Assembly (NCBI GenBank): GCA_963668465.1
Contig: OY764542.1
Coordinates: 2,368,520 to 2,432,519 of the forward strand
Direction: 5' to 3'
Length of the DNA stretch: 64,000 nt
From: Dehalococcoidia bacterium
Lineage (GTDB): Bacteria > Chloroflexota > Dehalococcoidia > Lucifugimonadales > Australimonadaceae
The notes under the pieces are model-generated. The model saw only the letters and a program-made list of their open reading frames with translations. It searched no databases and had not been told where the DNA came from. Both the position numbers and the translations under genes were made by a program. Each line of letters starts with the position of its first letter. Position 1 is the stretch's first letter. Positions 18,552 to 26,431 of the stretch are shown here, piece after piece.

Positions 18552-19114
18552 AGGGGCAGCCCCCAGATGGGGTACCACTCCTTGATGGCGCGGGAGGTAG
18601 GGATGTCCTTCCTGCATGCCTGCTCCATCCGCAGTTCCAGGGGATGGTCGCGGGTCTCCGGCTCGCCGCCAGTCGCCGGGGCGAACGGGGTGAACGCCTT
18701 AATGCGCGGCTGGTAGATCCAGTAGATCTCCTGCCCTTTCCAGGTGAACGCATAGACCGACGCGAGCACCCGCGGGCCGATGCCCATCGCCACGAGTGTT
18801 TCCCCGATGACGCGGGTCGAGTTCGCCAGCGCGGGCAGCCCGGAATCCCGCACGATGATCCACGGATGGGGGTGCTCGGAATCGTCCAGCACCACGTCCC
18901 ACCGAGCCTCGGAGGACTGCAAGTGCGCCAGCGCACGCTCCAGTTCTGCCTTCGCCTGGACGGCGTCCTGGTCCTCGGACGGACGGACGAGCACACCGGC
19001 CTTGCCGGTCGTAAACGTGTCGAGCACTTCCTCGAACACCTGCGCGGCGCTGGCCATCGCCTCGTTCGCCTCGCTCCATTCTGCGTTACGTGGTCGGGAG
19101 AGGAACTTGCACAT
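18548..19114 (-). CDS. Hypothetical protein translationally coupled to htpX
   Basis: 188-aa ORF starting 4 nt after the htpX stop, with good GC3 bias and no motif I recognise. Confidence 0.55.
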   Translation of the reverse strand: MCKFLSRPRNAEWSEANEAMASAAQVFEEVLDTFTTGKAGVLVRPSEDQDAVQAKAELERALAHLQSSEARWDVVLDDSEHPHPWIIVRDSGLPALANSTRVIGETLVAMGIGPRVLASVYAFTWKGQEIYWIYQPRIKAFTPFAPATGGEPETRDHPLELRMEQACRKDIPTSRAIKEWYPIWGLPL

Positions 19115-19118
19115 GGGG

Positions 19119-20027
19119 CTACCCGGTCAGCATCGTGGTGCGTTCCAGCTCGAGCAAGCGCTCGATCCGGCGCGCCATGGGAGGATGTGTGGAGAAGAGG
19201 CTGGCAAAGCCGTCGCCGATAGCGGGCATGATGAAGAAGGCGTTGAGCGATTCAGCGCGGCGCAGGTCGTTCTTGGGCAGGCCGGTGATAGAGCCGCTGA
19301 TGCGCTGAAGCGCGTTGGCGAGGTCCCGTGGGCGATTGGTAAGCATCGCAGCGCCGCGGTCGGCCGCGTACTCCCTGTAGCGCGAGAGCGCAGCGATGAG
19401 CACCTGGCTGATGACCCATACGAGGATGGTGACGATGTAGGCAATCATGATGTAACTGCCGCCACTACCCCTGCTGCGTCCGAAGCCGCCGAAGAGCCCC
19501 ATCCAGAAGAAGAAGCTCATGAGCGTCGAGGCGACGACCGAGAGGAAGCTGGCGTAGGTCATCACCTGCACGTCGCGAGAGGCGATGTGGCTTATCTCGT
19601 GAGCGAGCACGCCCTCGAGTTCACGTTCGTTGAGGACCTGCAGCAGTCCGGTGGTAACGGCGACCGCCGCGTGTTTCTGGCTGCGCCCTGTAGCGAACGC
19701 GTTGGGCACGCTCATGTCCGCGATGGCGACCTTCGGCTTGGGGATGCCCGCCTTCGTGGCGAGCCGGTCGATCGTCGCGTGCAGTTCCGGAGCCTGCTCC
19801 GGCGTTACGACCTTCGCGCGCATCGAGGTGAGCACGAGCTTGTCGGAGAGGAAGAACTGCACGAGGACGAGCACCACGGCGACTCCGAGCATCACGCCCG
19901 CGCCCGCGACGGAGATGAGGAACCAGAGGAAGAGGCCGTACACGAGGCCGAGCAGCAGCATCGTGAAGACCATGCGCGCCCGCAGCTGGTTGTCGCGACG
20001 CAGGCTGCGCGGCTGGAACATCGTCAT
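19119..20027 (-). CDS. htpX: Zinc metalloprotease HtpX (M48)
   Basis: HEISH (HExxH), four TM segments, C-terminal FSTHPPMARRI. Start at MTMFQPRS with GGGGGA RBS. The upstream 160-aa extension of the ORF is R/G/A-rich noise. Confidence 0.9.
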   Translation of the reverse strand: MTMFQPRSLRRDNQLRARMVFTMLLLGLVYGLFLWFLISVAGAGVMLGVAVVLVLVQFFLSDKLVLTSMRAKVVTPEQAPELHATIDRLATKAGIPKPKVAIADMSVPNAFATGRSQKHAAVAVTTGLLQVLNERELEGVLAHEISHIASRDVQVMTYASFLSVVASTLMSFFFWMGLFGGFGRSRGSGGSYIMIAYIVTILVWVISQVLIAALSRYREYAADRGAAMLTNRPRDLANALQRISGSITGLPKNDLRRAESLNAFFIMPAIGDGFASLFSTHPPMARRIERLLELERTTMLTG

Positions 20028-20113
20028 GCTTTCATCCCCCTGTTCATCGCAGAGACCTCGATCCCATGATAGCGCGTCCGCCGGGGTGTTGCCTCTTGCA
20101 GGTGGCAGCCTCG

Positions 20114-21307
20114 CTAGGGCGAGGCCAGCTTGTTGATGGCAGCCCTGAAGCCGGGCGCTGCGCCCTCCAGAGCGGACTGGTGGACGCAATAGGAGATGCG
20201 GAAGTATCCCGGCATGCCGAAACCGCGCCCGGGAACGACGAGCACTCCTTCGTCCTGTAGCGCCTGGATGAGCAGCATCTCGTCCTCCACGGGCGACCGA
20301 GGAAAGAGGTAGAACGCGCCCTCCGGCTTGCGGACGTCGTAGCCCGCCGACGTGAGCACGTCGCAGAGGTAGTCGCGCTTGGCCTGATAGTCGCTGACGT
20401 CCACGGTCACGTGCTGGAGGCTGCGGACGAGGTGTTGCATGATGGCGGGCGCGTTCACGAAGCCGAGCACACGGTTGCAGAAGGCGAATGCGTCCATCAG
20501 TTCGCCAGCCTCCTCGCATGCCGGGTGCACGGCGAGGTAGCCGATGCGGTCGCCGGGGAGGGCGAGGTCCTTGGCGTGCGACGTCGCGGTGATGGTGCGC
20601 TCGTACTCGTGCTGCGGGAACGGGTAACCGAGGCCGTCGTAGATGATGCGGCGGTACGGTTCGTCGCTGATGAGGTAGATGTCGACGCCCAGCTCATCGC
20701 TCTTCCGCCGCAGCAGCGCTGCGAGGTCGGCGACGAATGACTGGGAGTAGATGACGCCCGCGGGGTTGTTCGGCGAATTGAGGATGACGACCTTCGAGTG
20801 CGGAGTGAGCTTGCGCTCCAGATCGTCCAGGCCCGGGGTGAACGATTCATCGCAGCCGACGACCACGGGTACTGCGCTGTGGTTGCTGGGATAGAAGAGG
20901 TACTCGGCGAAGTAGGGGGTCAGGACGACGACCTCGTCGCCGGGGTCGCAGAGGGCGCGGATGGCGACGTTGAGGGCGGCTGCCGCGCCGCAGGTCATCA
21001 GTACGTGCTGGGCTCCGTAGGGGAGGTCCGTCTCCGAGGCCAGCATGTCGGCGACGGCCTGGCGCGTCTCCGGGTAGCCCGCGTTGGGCATGTAGCGGTG
21101 CGCGCCGGGCGTTGGAGCGTCAGCCAGGTTGCGCAGCGCGTCGAAGAACTCGGACGGCGGCTCGACGACGGGGTTGCCGAGCGAGAGGTCGAACACGTTC
21201 TCTTCGCCGCGCTCTCGTTTGAGGGCGATGCCGAGCTCGAACATGCGCCGTATCCACGAGCTGTTCTCCATGTGCTGCCGGACGTTCGACGCTATGGCCA
21301 CGCTCAT
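20114..21307 (-). CDS. Class I/II pyridoxal-phosphate aminotransferase (aspartate/alanine-type)
   Basis: 397 aa; LSLGNP, NSPNNPAG and SHAKDLALPGDRIGY (PLP lysine region). Confidence 0.85.
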   Translation of the reverse strand: MSVAIASNVRQHMENSSWIRRMFELGIALKRERGEENVFDLSLGNPVVEPPSEFFDALRNLADAPTPGAHRYMPNAGYPETRQAVADMLASETDLPYGAQHVLMTCGAAAALNVAIRALCDPGDEVVVLTPYFAEYLFYPSNHSAVPVVVGCDESFTPGLDDLERKLTPHSKVVILNSPNNPAGVIYSQSFVADLAALLRRKSDELGVDIYLISDEPYRRIIYDGLGYPFPQHEYERTITATSHAKDLALPGDRIGYLAVHPACEEAGELMDAFAFCNRVLGFVNAPAIMQHLVRSLQHVTVDVSDYQAKRDYLCDVLTSAGYDVRKPEGAFYLFPRSPVEDEMLLIQALQDEGVLVVPGRGFGMPGYFRISYCVHQSALEGAAPGFRAAINKLASP

Positions 21308-21399
21308 CTCCTTACTTTCGCGGGCTGCCGCCTGATGCGGCGCGCCTGCCCGCCTCTGCTAACATTAGTTCGGTTAACCCTACGATACCGGAGGGACGG

Positions 21400-21651
21400 A
21401 TGGCTGCGGAGACCGGCAAGCGTCTGGAGTGCGCCGACCTGGGGGCGCAGTACATGATCACGAAGGGCGGGGACGGGGAGTTGTCCTGCACGCCTGCCGC
21501 CGACGGCGAGGCCGACCAGTTGGGCAAGCGCTACCAGGACGAGGCGACGGGCATCATGGTGCTGTGCACCAAGGCGGGCACGTCCCGCATCCACTGCGAC
21601 GGGCGCCCGATGGCGATGCTGGAGGCGCGCAAGCTGCCGTCGTCCGACTAG
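21400..21651 (+). CDS. Small conserved-looking Cys-containing protein, unknown function
   Basis: 83 aa, strong GC3 bias, RBS GGAGGG. Internal duplication: GKRLECADLGAQYMITKGGDGELSC versus GKRYQDEATGIMVLCTKAGTSRIHC. Confidence 0.55.
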   Translation: MAAETGKRLECADLGAQYMITKGGDGELSCTPAADGEADQLGKRYQDEATGIMVLCTKAGTSRIHCDGRPMAMLEARKLPSSD

Positions 21652-21755
21652 GGACCTGTACTGCCTGGCAGTTGTAGTTCTTCCCTCCCACCCACCCGGT
21701 GCGTTGTGGGGGACACCCCCACGGCCCCCGGCAGAGGGGCACGCCCCTCTGCACT

Positions 21756-21809
21756 CCCTATCGGGCACCCACTCCCTATCGGGCACCCACGCCCCATCGG
21801 GCACCCACT
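21756..21809. repeat. 3 x 18-nt tandem repeat CCYATCGGGCACCCACKC
   Basis: Three contiguous copies read directly. Flanked by GC hairpins at 21706-21722, 21731-21752 and 21838-21859. Confidence 0.85.
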
Positions 21810-21896
21810 CCCCACGCCGAGTACCCTCACCCTAACCCTCTCCCCTTGTAGGGAGAGGGGATCAGGCCCCCGTTTCCAACCTCCTCGCTATGTGCG

Positions 21897-22349
21897 TCAA
21901 GGCTTCAGCCATTCGTAGAGGTGGTAGTGCTCGCGGGTCATGCCGAGCGATTCGTAGACGCGCTGGGCGGGCTCGTTGGTCTTGTCGACGTAGAGGCGGA
22001 GGCCCACGAGTTCGTCGGAGCGCTCGACCTGCTCGCGCAGGTGGGCGTAGAGCGTTGAGTAGACGCCACGGCGGCGCGCCTCAGGAACGACGTAGACCGA
22101 GTGTATCCAGAGCACGACGCCGTTCCGCCAGTCGCTCCACTCGGTGACGGTCATCAGCATGCCAACGGGAGTTTCGTCCTCCTCGGCGAGCCAGTACTCC
22201 GCGTGGACGCGGTCCTCCAGCACGGCCCGGACACCCTCGGTGAGCGTTGCGGGGTCGAGCTCCGCACCCTCGCTCTCGACGGCCATCGCCATCTGCGCGT
22301 CGACTATGAACCGCAGGTCGTCGCGGTTGGCGCGTCGTACGGCGATCAC
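21897..22349 (-). CDS. GNAT family N-acetyltransferase
   Basis: 150 aa; VVPEARRRGVYSTLYAHL acetyl-CoA binding (Q/RxxGxG/A-like) region. Confidence 0.8.
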   Translation of the reverse strand: MIAVRRANRDDLRFIVDAQMAMAVESEGAELDPATLTEGVRAVLEDRVHAEYWLAEEDETPVGMLMTVTEWSDWRNGVVLWIHSVYVVPEARRRGVYSTLYAHLREQVERSDELVGLRLYVDKTNEPAQRVYESLGMTREHYHLYEWLKP

Positions 22350-22395
22350 GGGGTTACGCCAGGGGAGGGGAGGGTGATGGAGGCGGGGCGCACGA

Positions 22396-23043
22396 CTACG
22401 CGGCGACCCTGCGCATGACGGCGACGACCTTGCCGTGCACCTGGACGTCGCTCGCGGGGACGATGATTGGGGCCATGTTCGGGTTGGCGGGCATGAGGCG
22501 CACGTTCTCGCCCTCCAAGTAGAAGTGCTTGAGGGTGGCTTCCTCCTGCATCGGGAGCCATGCCGCGACCATCTCGCCGTTGTGGGCGTCGCGCGTGTGG
22601 CGCAGCACCACGATGTCGCCGTCGGTCACGAACGCGTCGATCATCGAGTAGCCCTTCACGCGCAGGGCGTAGAGGTTGTCGGGGTCGCGGGGCGTCAATT
22701 CAGGCGGGAGTGCGAACGACTCGTGGTCACCGCCGGCGTAGGCGGCGGCCTCGGGGACGGGGATCGGCTCGCCCGCGGCGATCGCGCCGAGCACGGGGAT
22801 GCGGGCCACCTCGACGAGGTCGGCCTCAGACTCGCCGACAATCTCGATGGCGCGGGAGATGTCGGGCGAGCGGTGGATATAGCCGTCGCGCTCCAGCAGG
22901 CGGAGGTTGTAGTCGACGACAGAGGTGGAGCTGATGCCGCAGGCGAGTTGAATCTCGCGGATGGACGGCATGTAGCTGCGGTCGGTGTGGTACTCGCGCA
23001 GGAAATCGAGTATCTGCTGTTGGCGCGACGAGATGGCTGGCAT
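22396..23043 (-). CDS. lexA: SOS repressor LexA
   Basis: N-terminal wHTH (SRQQQILDFL...PSIREI...SSTSVV), cleavage region VLGAIAAGEPI, catalytic Ser (KGYSM) and Lys (ATLKHF). Confidence 0.92.
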   Translation of the reverse strand: MPAISSRQQQILDFLREYHTDRSYMPSIREIQLACGISSTSVVDYNLRLLERDGYIHRSPDISRAIEIVGESEADLVEVARIPVLGAIAAGEPIPVPEAAAYAGGDHESFALPPELTPRDPDNLYALRVKGYSMIDAFVTDGDIVVLRHTRDAHNGEMVAAWLPMQEEATLKHFYLEGENVRLMPANPNMAPIIVPASDVQVHGKVVAVMRRVAA

Positions 23044-23065
23044 GGGCGGCCTCCGGTGAGGAATC

Positions 23066-23079
23066 AGAACGGACGTTCT
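23066..23079. promoter_or_regulatory. LexA operator (Cheo-type GAAC-N4-GTTC)
   Basis: AGAACGGACGTTCT palindrome 23-36 nt upstream of the lexA start codon. Confidence 0.75.
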
Positions 23080-23164
23080 GCAGAATAGAGGGCCGCGCGC
23101 ATGACTGTCAACGGGGTCGTGTCACGTTTTGGGCGGGTTGCTGAAGCGCAGGGTGGTTCGACAA

Positions 23165-23326
23165 GCTCACCATGAGCGGTCAAGGGCTCTCACCACGAGT
23201 GGTTAAGGGCTGCCACCACGAGCGGCCAAGGGTTGTTACGATGAGTGGTCAAGGGCTGCCACTACGAGCGATTAAGGGTTATCAGCACGAGCGGTGAAGG
23301 GGTGCCACTACGAGCGGTTAAGGGCT
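23165..23326. repeat. Tandem minisatellite, about 7 copies of a 23-24-nt unit (consensus CCACCACGAGCGGTTAAGGGCTG)
   Basis: Contiguous degenerate copies with no spacers. The first unit continues the dispersed repeat at 23153-23179. Confidence 0.85.
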
Positions 23327-23334
23327 TCGAGGTT

Positions 23335-23380
23335 GCGCGCTAAAGCGCGTGCGCACTAAGGCGCGTGCGCGCTAAGCGCG
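23335..23380. repeat. 3 x ~16-nt tandem of palindromic GCGCRCTAARGCGCGT units, 3' of rpsT
   Basis: gcgcgctaaagcgcgt gcgcactaaggcgcgt gcgcgctaagcgcg, lying 27 nt downstream of the rpsT stop. Confidence 0.7.
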
Positions 23381-23406
23381 GGCCTTCGCAGGAACGGCGG
23401 GGCGCG

Positions 23407-23661
23407 TTACTCGGCGGTCGCGGCGTTGAGCCGCTTCGTGAGGCGGGACTTGCTCCGCGCGACGGCGTTGCGGTGGATGAGGCCCTTGGACGCCGCGCGG
23501 TCCAGCCTGCTCACCGCTGTCAGGACGGCGCTGCCCGCCGCCTCGTTGTTGGTGTTGAGCGCGCGGACGGCCCTCTTGACTGCCGTGCGCATGCTGGAGC
23601 GGACGCGCCGGTTGACGATGCGGCGTCGCTCCTGGACTCTTGCTGCTTTCTTCGCTGGCAT
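23407..23661 (-). CDS. rpsT: 30S ribosomal protein S20
   Basis: 84-aa basic protein: KKAARVQERRRIVNRRVRSSMRTAVKRA...IHRNAVARSKSRL. Confidence 0.9.
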   Translation of the reverse strand: MPAKKAARVQERRRIVNRRVRSSMRTAVKRAVRALNTNNEAAGSAVLTAVSRLDRAASKGLIHRNAVARSKSRLTKRLNAATAE

Positions 23662-23775
23662 TGGTGCTCCGTGAGACCTGATCTTGTCGCTGACGGCCTA
23701 TTATCGCTCACCGGGGCCGCGTTTGGCCAGAGGCAGGGCGGGCTGGTGACTGTGCGGGGCGCTCAAATGGCGGCT

Positions 23776-24060
23776 TTCGTTCTTCATCCGGTTCTTCATC
23801 CGGTCCTCACTCGTGGGCGGGGGAGCTTCCGTATCTTGCGGATCTTTATCGAGCAGGCCACGGCCTTGTTCCGGGTTCCAGATATCAAGATCCGGCCCTG
23901 GAGACGTGTGTACTGTGCTGCGCGATGCAGGGGCGCTCGTTCTTCATGACTTTCTTGATGCGGCCCCCACTCGTAAGCAGAGGGGGTAGATGACGCCTTG
24001 CCATCTATATCGAGCAGGCCACGGCCTTGTTCCGGGGGTAAGGCGTCAAGATGCGCGCTG
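23776..24060. repeat. Two degenerate direct copies of a ~162-nt unit upstream of rpsT
   Basis: Shared blocks: cgttcttcat, cactcgt and a perfect 29-mer tatcgagcaggccacggccttgttccggg at 23848-23876 and 24008-24036. Confidence 0.75.
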
Positions 24061-24199
24061 AATTGCGTGTTGTGTTGCGGAAGGGCAGGGCCTATCCCGG
24101 GTAGAGCGGCCCGGCGGGGGCCAGTTGCTGTTGCTGCGCGGGTCATCCAGCCAGCGTACGTGGGCCGGGGCGTTCAGGGAAGGGGCGGGTGTCGCATCT

Positions 24200-24778
24200 T
24201 CAGCCTTCCGCCGACACCCGCAAGGTGCCGTCGTAGCCGACGAGCAGCCAGCCCCACGGCGTTTCGATGCGCACGCTCACGTCCATCGCGCCCGGGACGC
24301 TTGCGGAACGACGCTCCGTGCCCCACGTGTGGATCGAGAGCCAGCGCGGGACGGGCCATCGCCGTCCGAGGGCGTGTAGCAGCATGCGGTCGGACCAGTG
24401 GGTGAGCGATTCGTCGTCCGAGGTGACGGTCATGGGGAAGTCCAGCGAGCCGTAGCGCTCGACCAAGAGGCCATCCTCGGCCCGCTGCTCGGTGCGGAAG
24501 GGCCACGCGCCGATGCGCCTGTCCCAGTGCTCGCGCTCGCCCTCCCGCCGCACGTGTAGTTCCACCGGCACGCGCCCCTCTGTCCGCGGCATCTGGAGCG
24601 CCCATCGCACGAGACCGGCCCCTATGAAGCGTCCGAGGGTTACGTCCATCTCGCCGCTGGCGGTTACTTGGGTGTCCGTCCCGTGCACTTGTTGGAGCAC
24701 GTCAGGGAGGGCGTGCCAGGCGTCGCCGAGGAGGTGTTGGTAGAGGTTCACAGTTTCTGTGCGGGCGTTGGCGGACAT
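24200..24778 (-). CDS. DUF4166-like protein
   Basis: Start at MSANARTE. NLYQHLLGDAWHALPDVLQQVHG resembles the DUF4166 N-terminal signature, recalled from memory. Confidence 0.5.
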   Translation of the reverse strand: MSANARTETVNLYQHLLGDAWHALPDVLQQVHGTDTQVTASGEMDVTLGRFIGAGLVRWALQMPRTEGRVPVELHVRREGEREHWDRRIGAWPFRTEQRAEDGLLVERYGSLDFPMTVTSDDESLTHWSDRMLLHALGRRWPVPRWLSIHTWGTERRSASVPGAMDVSVRIETPWGWLLVGYDGTLRVSAEG

Positions 24779-24883
24779 GGGGCTATGGTAGTGGATGGGG
24801 CGGGGCTTACCTGAGAGATGCCTCGACTGCGTTCGGCATGACGATCCGCTCGCCACCTCAACCCTCGCGTGGTCTGGCGGCCA

Positions 24884-24912
24884 CTCTGGATTCCAGCCTT
24901 CGCTGGAATGAC
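24884..24912. repeat. Palindromic element, variant of the 3986-4013 family
   Basis: ggattccagccttcgctggaatgacgggg; stem ATTCCAGC/GCTGGAAT. Confidence 0.7.
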
Positions 24913-24958
24913 GGGGGAAGGGGCTGCGAGGTTCCTGCCTGCGCAGGAACGACGGGGC

Positions 24959-25684
24959 CTACCTGACCAGCAGTGAGATCGCCGCGGCGACGATGACGAT
25001 CTCGACGATGTAGACGAACGCCTTGTCGGAGACGCGGTTGGTGATGGCACCGCCGACGTATGCGCCCACGACCATGACGAGGCCGAGCGAGAGGGCGAGG
25101 ATGAGGGCCTGCGAGTCGAGGAGGTCGAATGTCCCGTAGATGCCTATCTTGACGACGTTGATGATGGTCATGCCGGAGGCCATCGTGCCGACGAACGCGC
25201 CGCGGCGCAGTCCGTAGGCGAGGAAGAACGACGCGCCGAACGGCCCCGCGCCGCCGAAGAGCGCGGAGAGGAAGCCCTGTCCCGCGCCGACGCCGGTGAA
25301 AGCTCGCGGGCTCATCCGCATCCCGCCCTGCGCCAGCGGCGTATGCCGGAAGGCGACGATGAGCAGCAGGAAGACGGCGAACCCCTTCTGCAGCAGGTCG
25401 GCCGGAAGGTTGGCGAACGCGGTCGCGCCGACGATGGACGTCGGGAACGCGCCGATGAAGAACCACTTGACCACGCTGCGGTCGATGAGGTGGCGGTTGA
25501 CCCAGATGCGCGACCAGGTCTGCATCATCACTGCGACGGTGGCGATGGGGACGGCCTCGCGGATGCCGACGGCGAACGTGAGGGCCGGGATCATGATGAT
25601 GGCGGAGCCAAGGCCCGCCATCCCACCGATGACCGCCGAGAGGAAGGCGATGACGCCGAGCGCGACGAGAACGACCGGGTCCAT
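24959..25684 (-). CDS. TauE/SafE family sulfite/anion exporter
   Basis: 241 aa, about 8 TM, repeated G-rich helices (GGMAGLGSAIIMIPAL..., FGGAGPFGASFF). Confidence 0.75.
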   Translation of the reverse strand: MDPVVLVALGVIAFLSAVIGGMAGLGSAIIMIPALTFAVGIREAVPIATVAVMMQTWSRIWVNRHLIDRSVVKWFFIGAFPTSIVGATAFANLPADLLQKGFAVFLLLIVAFRHTPLAQGGMRMSPRAFTGVGAGQGFLSALFGGAGPFGASFFLAYGLRRGAFVGTMASGMTIINVVKIGIYGTFDLLDSQALILALSLGLVMVVGAYVGGAITNRVSDKAFVYIVEIVIVAAAISLLVR

Positions 25685-25687
25685 CCG

Positions 25688-26422
25688 CTATCCCGTCGCC
25701 AGCAGCAGCAGCCCGGAAACGATCATGAGCGCTTCCACCGCGTAGATGAACAGCCTCTCCGGCACGCGCTTGACGATGTGCGCTCCGGCGTAGGCCCCCA
25801 CCGCCATGACGAGGCCGATGCCGACGGCGATGAGGAACGTCTCCATCGTGAAGAGCGAGAAGCTTCCGTAGACCATCGTCTTGACGATGCTGACGAGGAA
25901 CGTTCCGACGGCGACGGTGCCGACGAACGCGTTCTTCGTGAGGCCGTAGGCCATGAAGAAGTGCGCGCCGAACGGCCCCGCACCACCGAAGATGGCGGAG
26001 AAGAAGCCCTGCCCGATGCCGACGGGCAGGAAGGCGCGGAGAGGCATCGCGCGGCCCGCAACGAGGGGTATGTGCCGGTAGACCACGAGCGCGAGCAGGA
26101 AGACGCCGAGCCCTCTCGCGAGCAGGTCGGTGGGGATGTTCGCGAACACGATGCCGCCAACGGCAGCGGCAGGCACCGCGCCGAGGCTGTACCAGCGGGC
26201 GACGCGCCAGTCCACGTAGTCCCAGTTCGCTATGGAGCGCGAGAGCGTGTTCAGCAGCATCGCGACGGTGACGATAGGGACGGCGAGGCGTATGCCGAAC
26301 GCGAATATCAGGATGGGGATGGCGATGATGCCGGTGCTCATCCCCGTAACGCCCCCGATGACGGCGGCGACCAGCGACGTCGCGACGACCGCCGCAGCGA
26401 CGAGCGGGCTGATCTCCGGCAT
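25688..26422 (-). CDS. TauE/SafE family sulfite/anion exporter (tandem paralog)
   Basis: 244 aa, colinear with the downstream paralog (GGVTGMSTGIIAIPIL..., FGGAGPFGAHFF). Starts 9 nt after the leuB stop. Confidence 0.75.
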   Translation of the reverse strand: MPEISPLVAAAVVATSLVAAVIGGVTGMSTGIIAIPILIFAFGIRLAVPIVTVAMLLNTLSRSIANWDYVDWRVARWYSLGAVPAAAVGGIVFANIPTDLLARGLGVFLLALVVYRHIPLVAGRAMPLRAFLPVGIGQGFFSAIFGGAGPFGAHFFMAYGLTKNAFVGTVAVGTFLVSIVKTMVYGSFSLFTMETFLIAVGIGLVMAVGAYAGAHIVKRVPERLFIYAVEALMIVSGLLLLATG

Positions 26423-26431
26423 CGGCGCGGC

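Noticed and set aside
19119-20519. 466-aa version of the htpX ORF
   Set aside because: The N-terminal ~160 aa are R/G/A-rich and overlap the 3' end of the aminotransferase gene. A good RBS and the typical HtpX N-terminus occur at the internal ATG at 20027.
23165-23326. Possible CRISPR array (regular ~24-nt repeats)
   Set aside because: The units are contiguous with no unique spacers, they are degenerate, and no cas genes are nearby. It is a tandem minisatellite.
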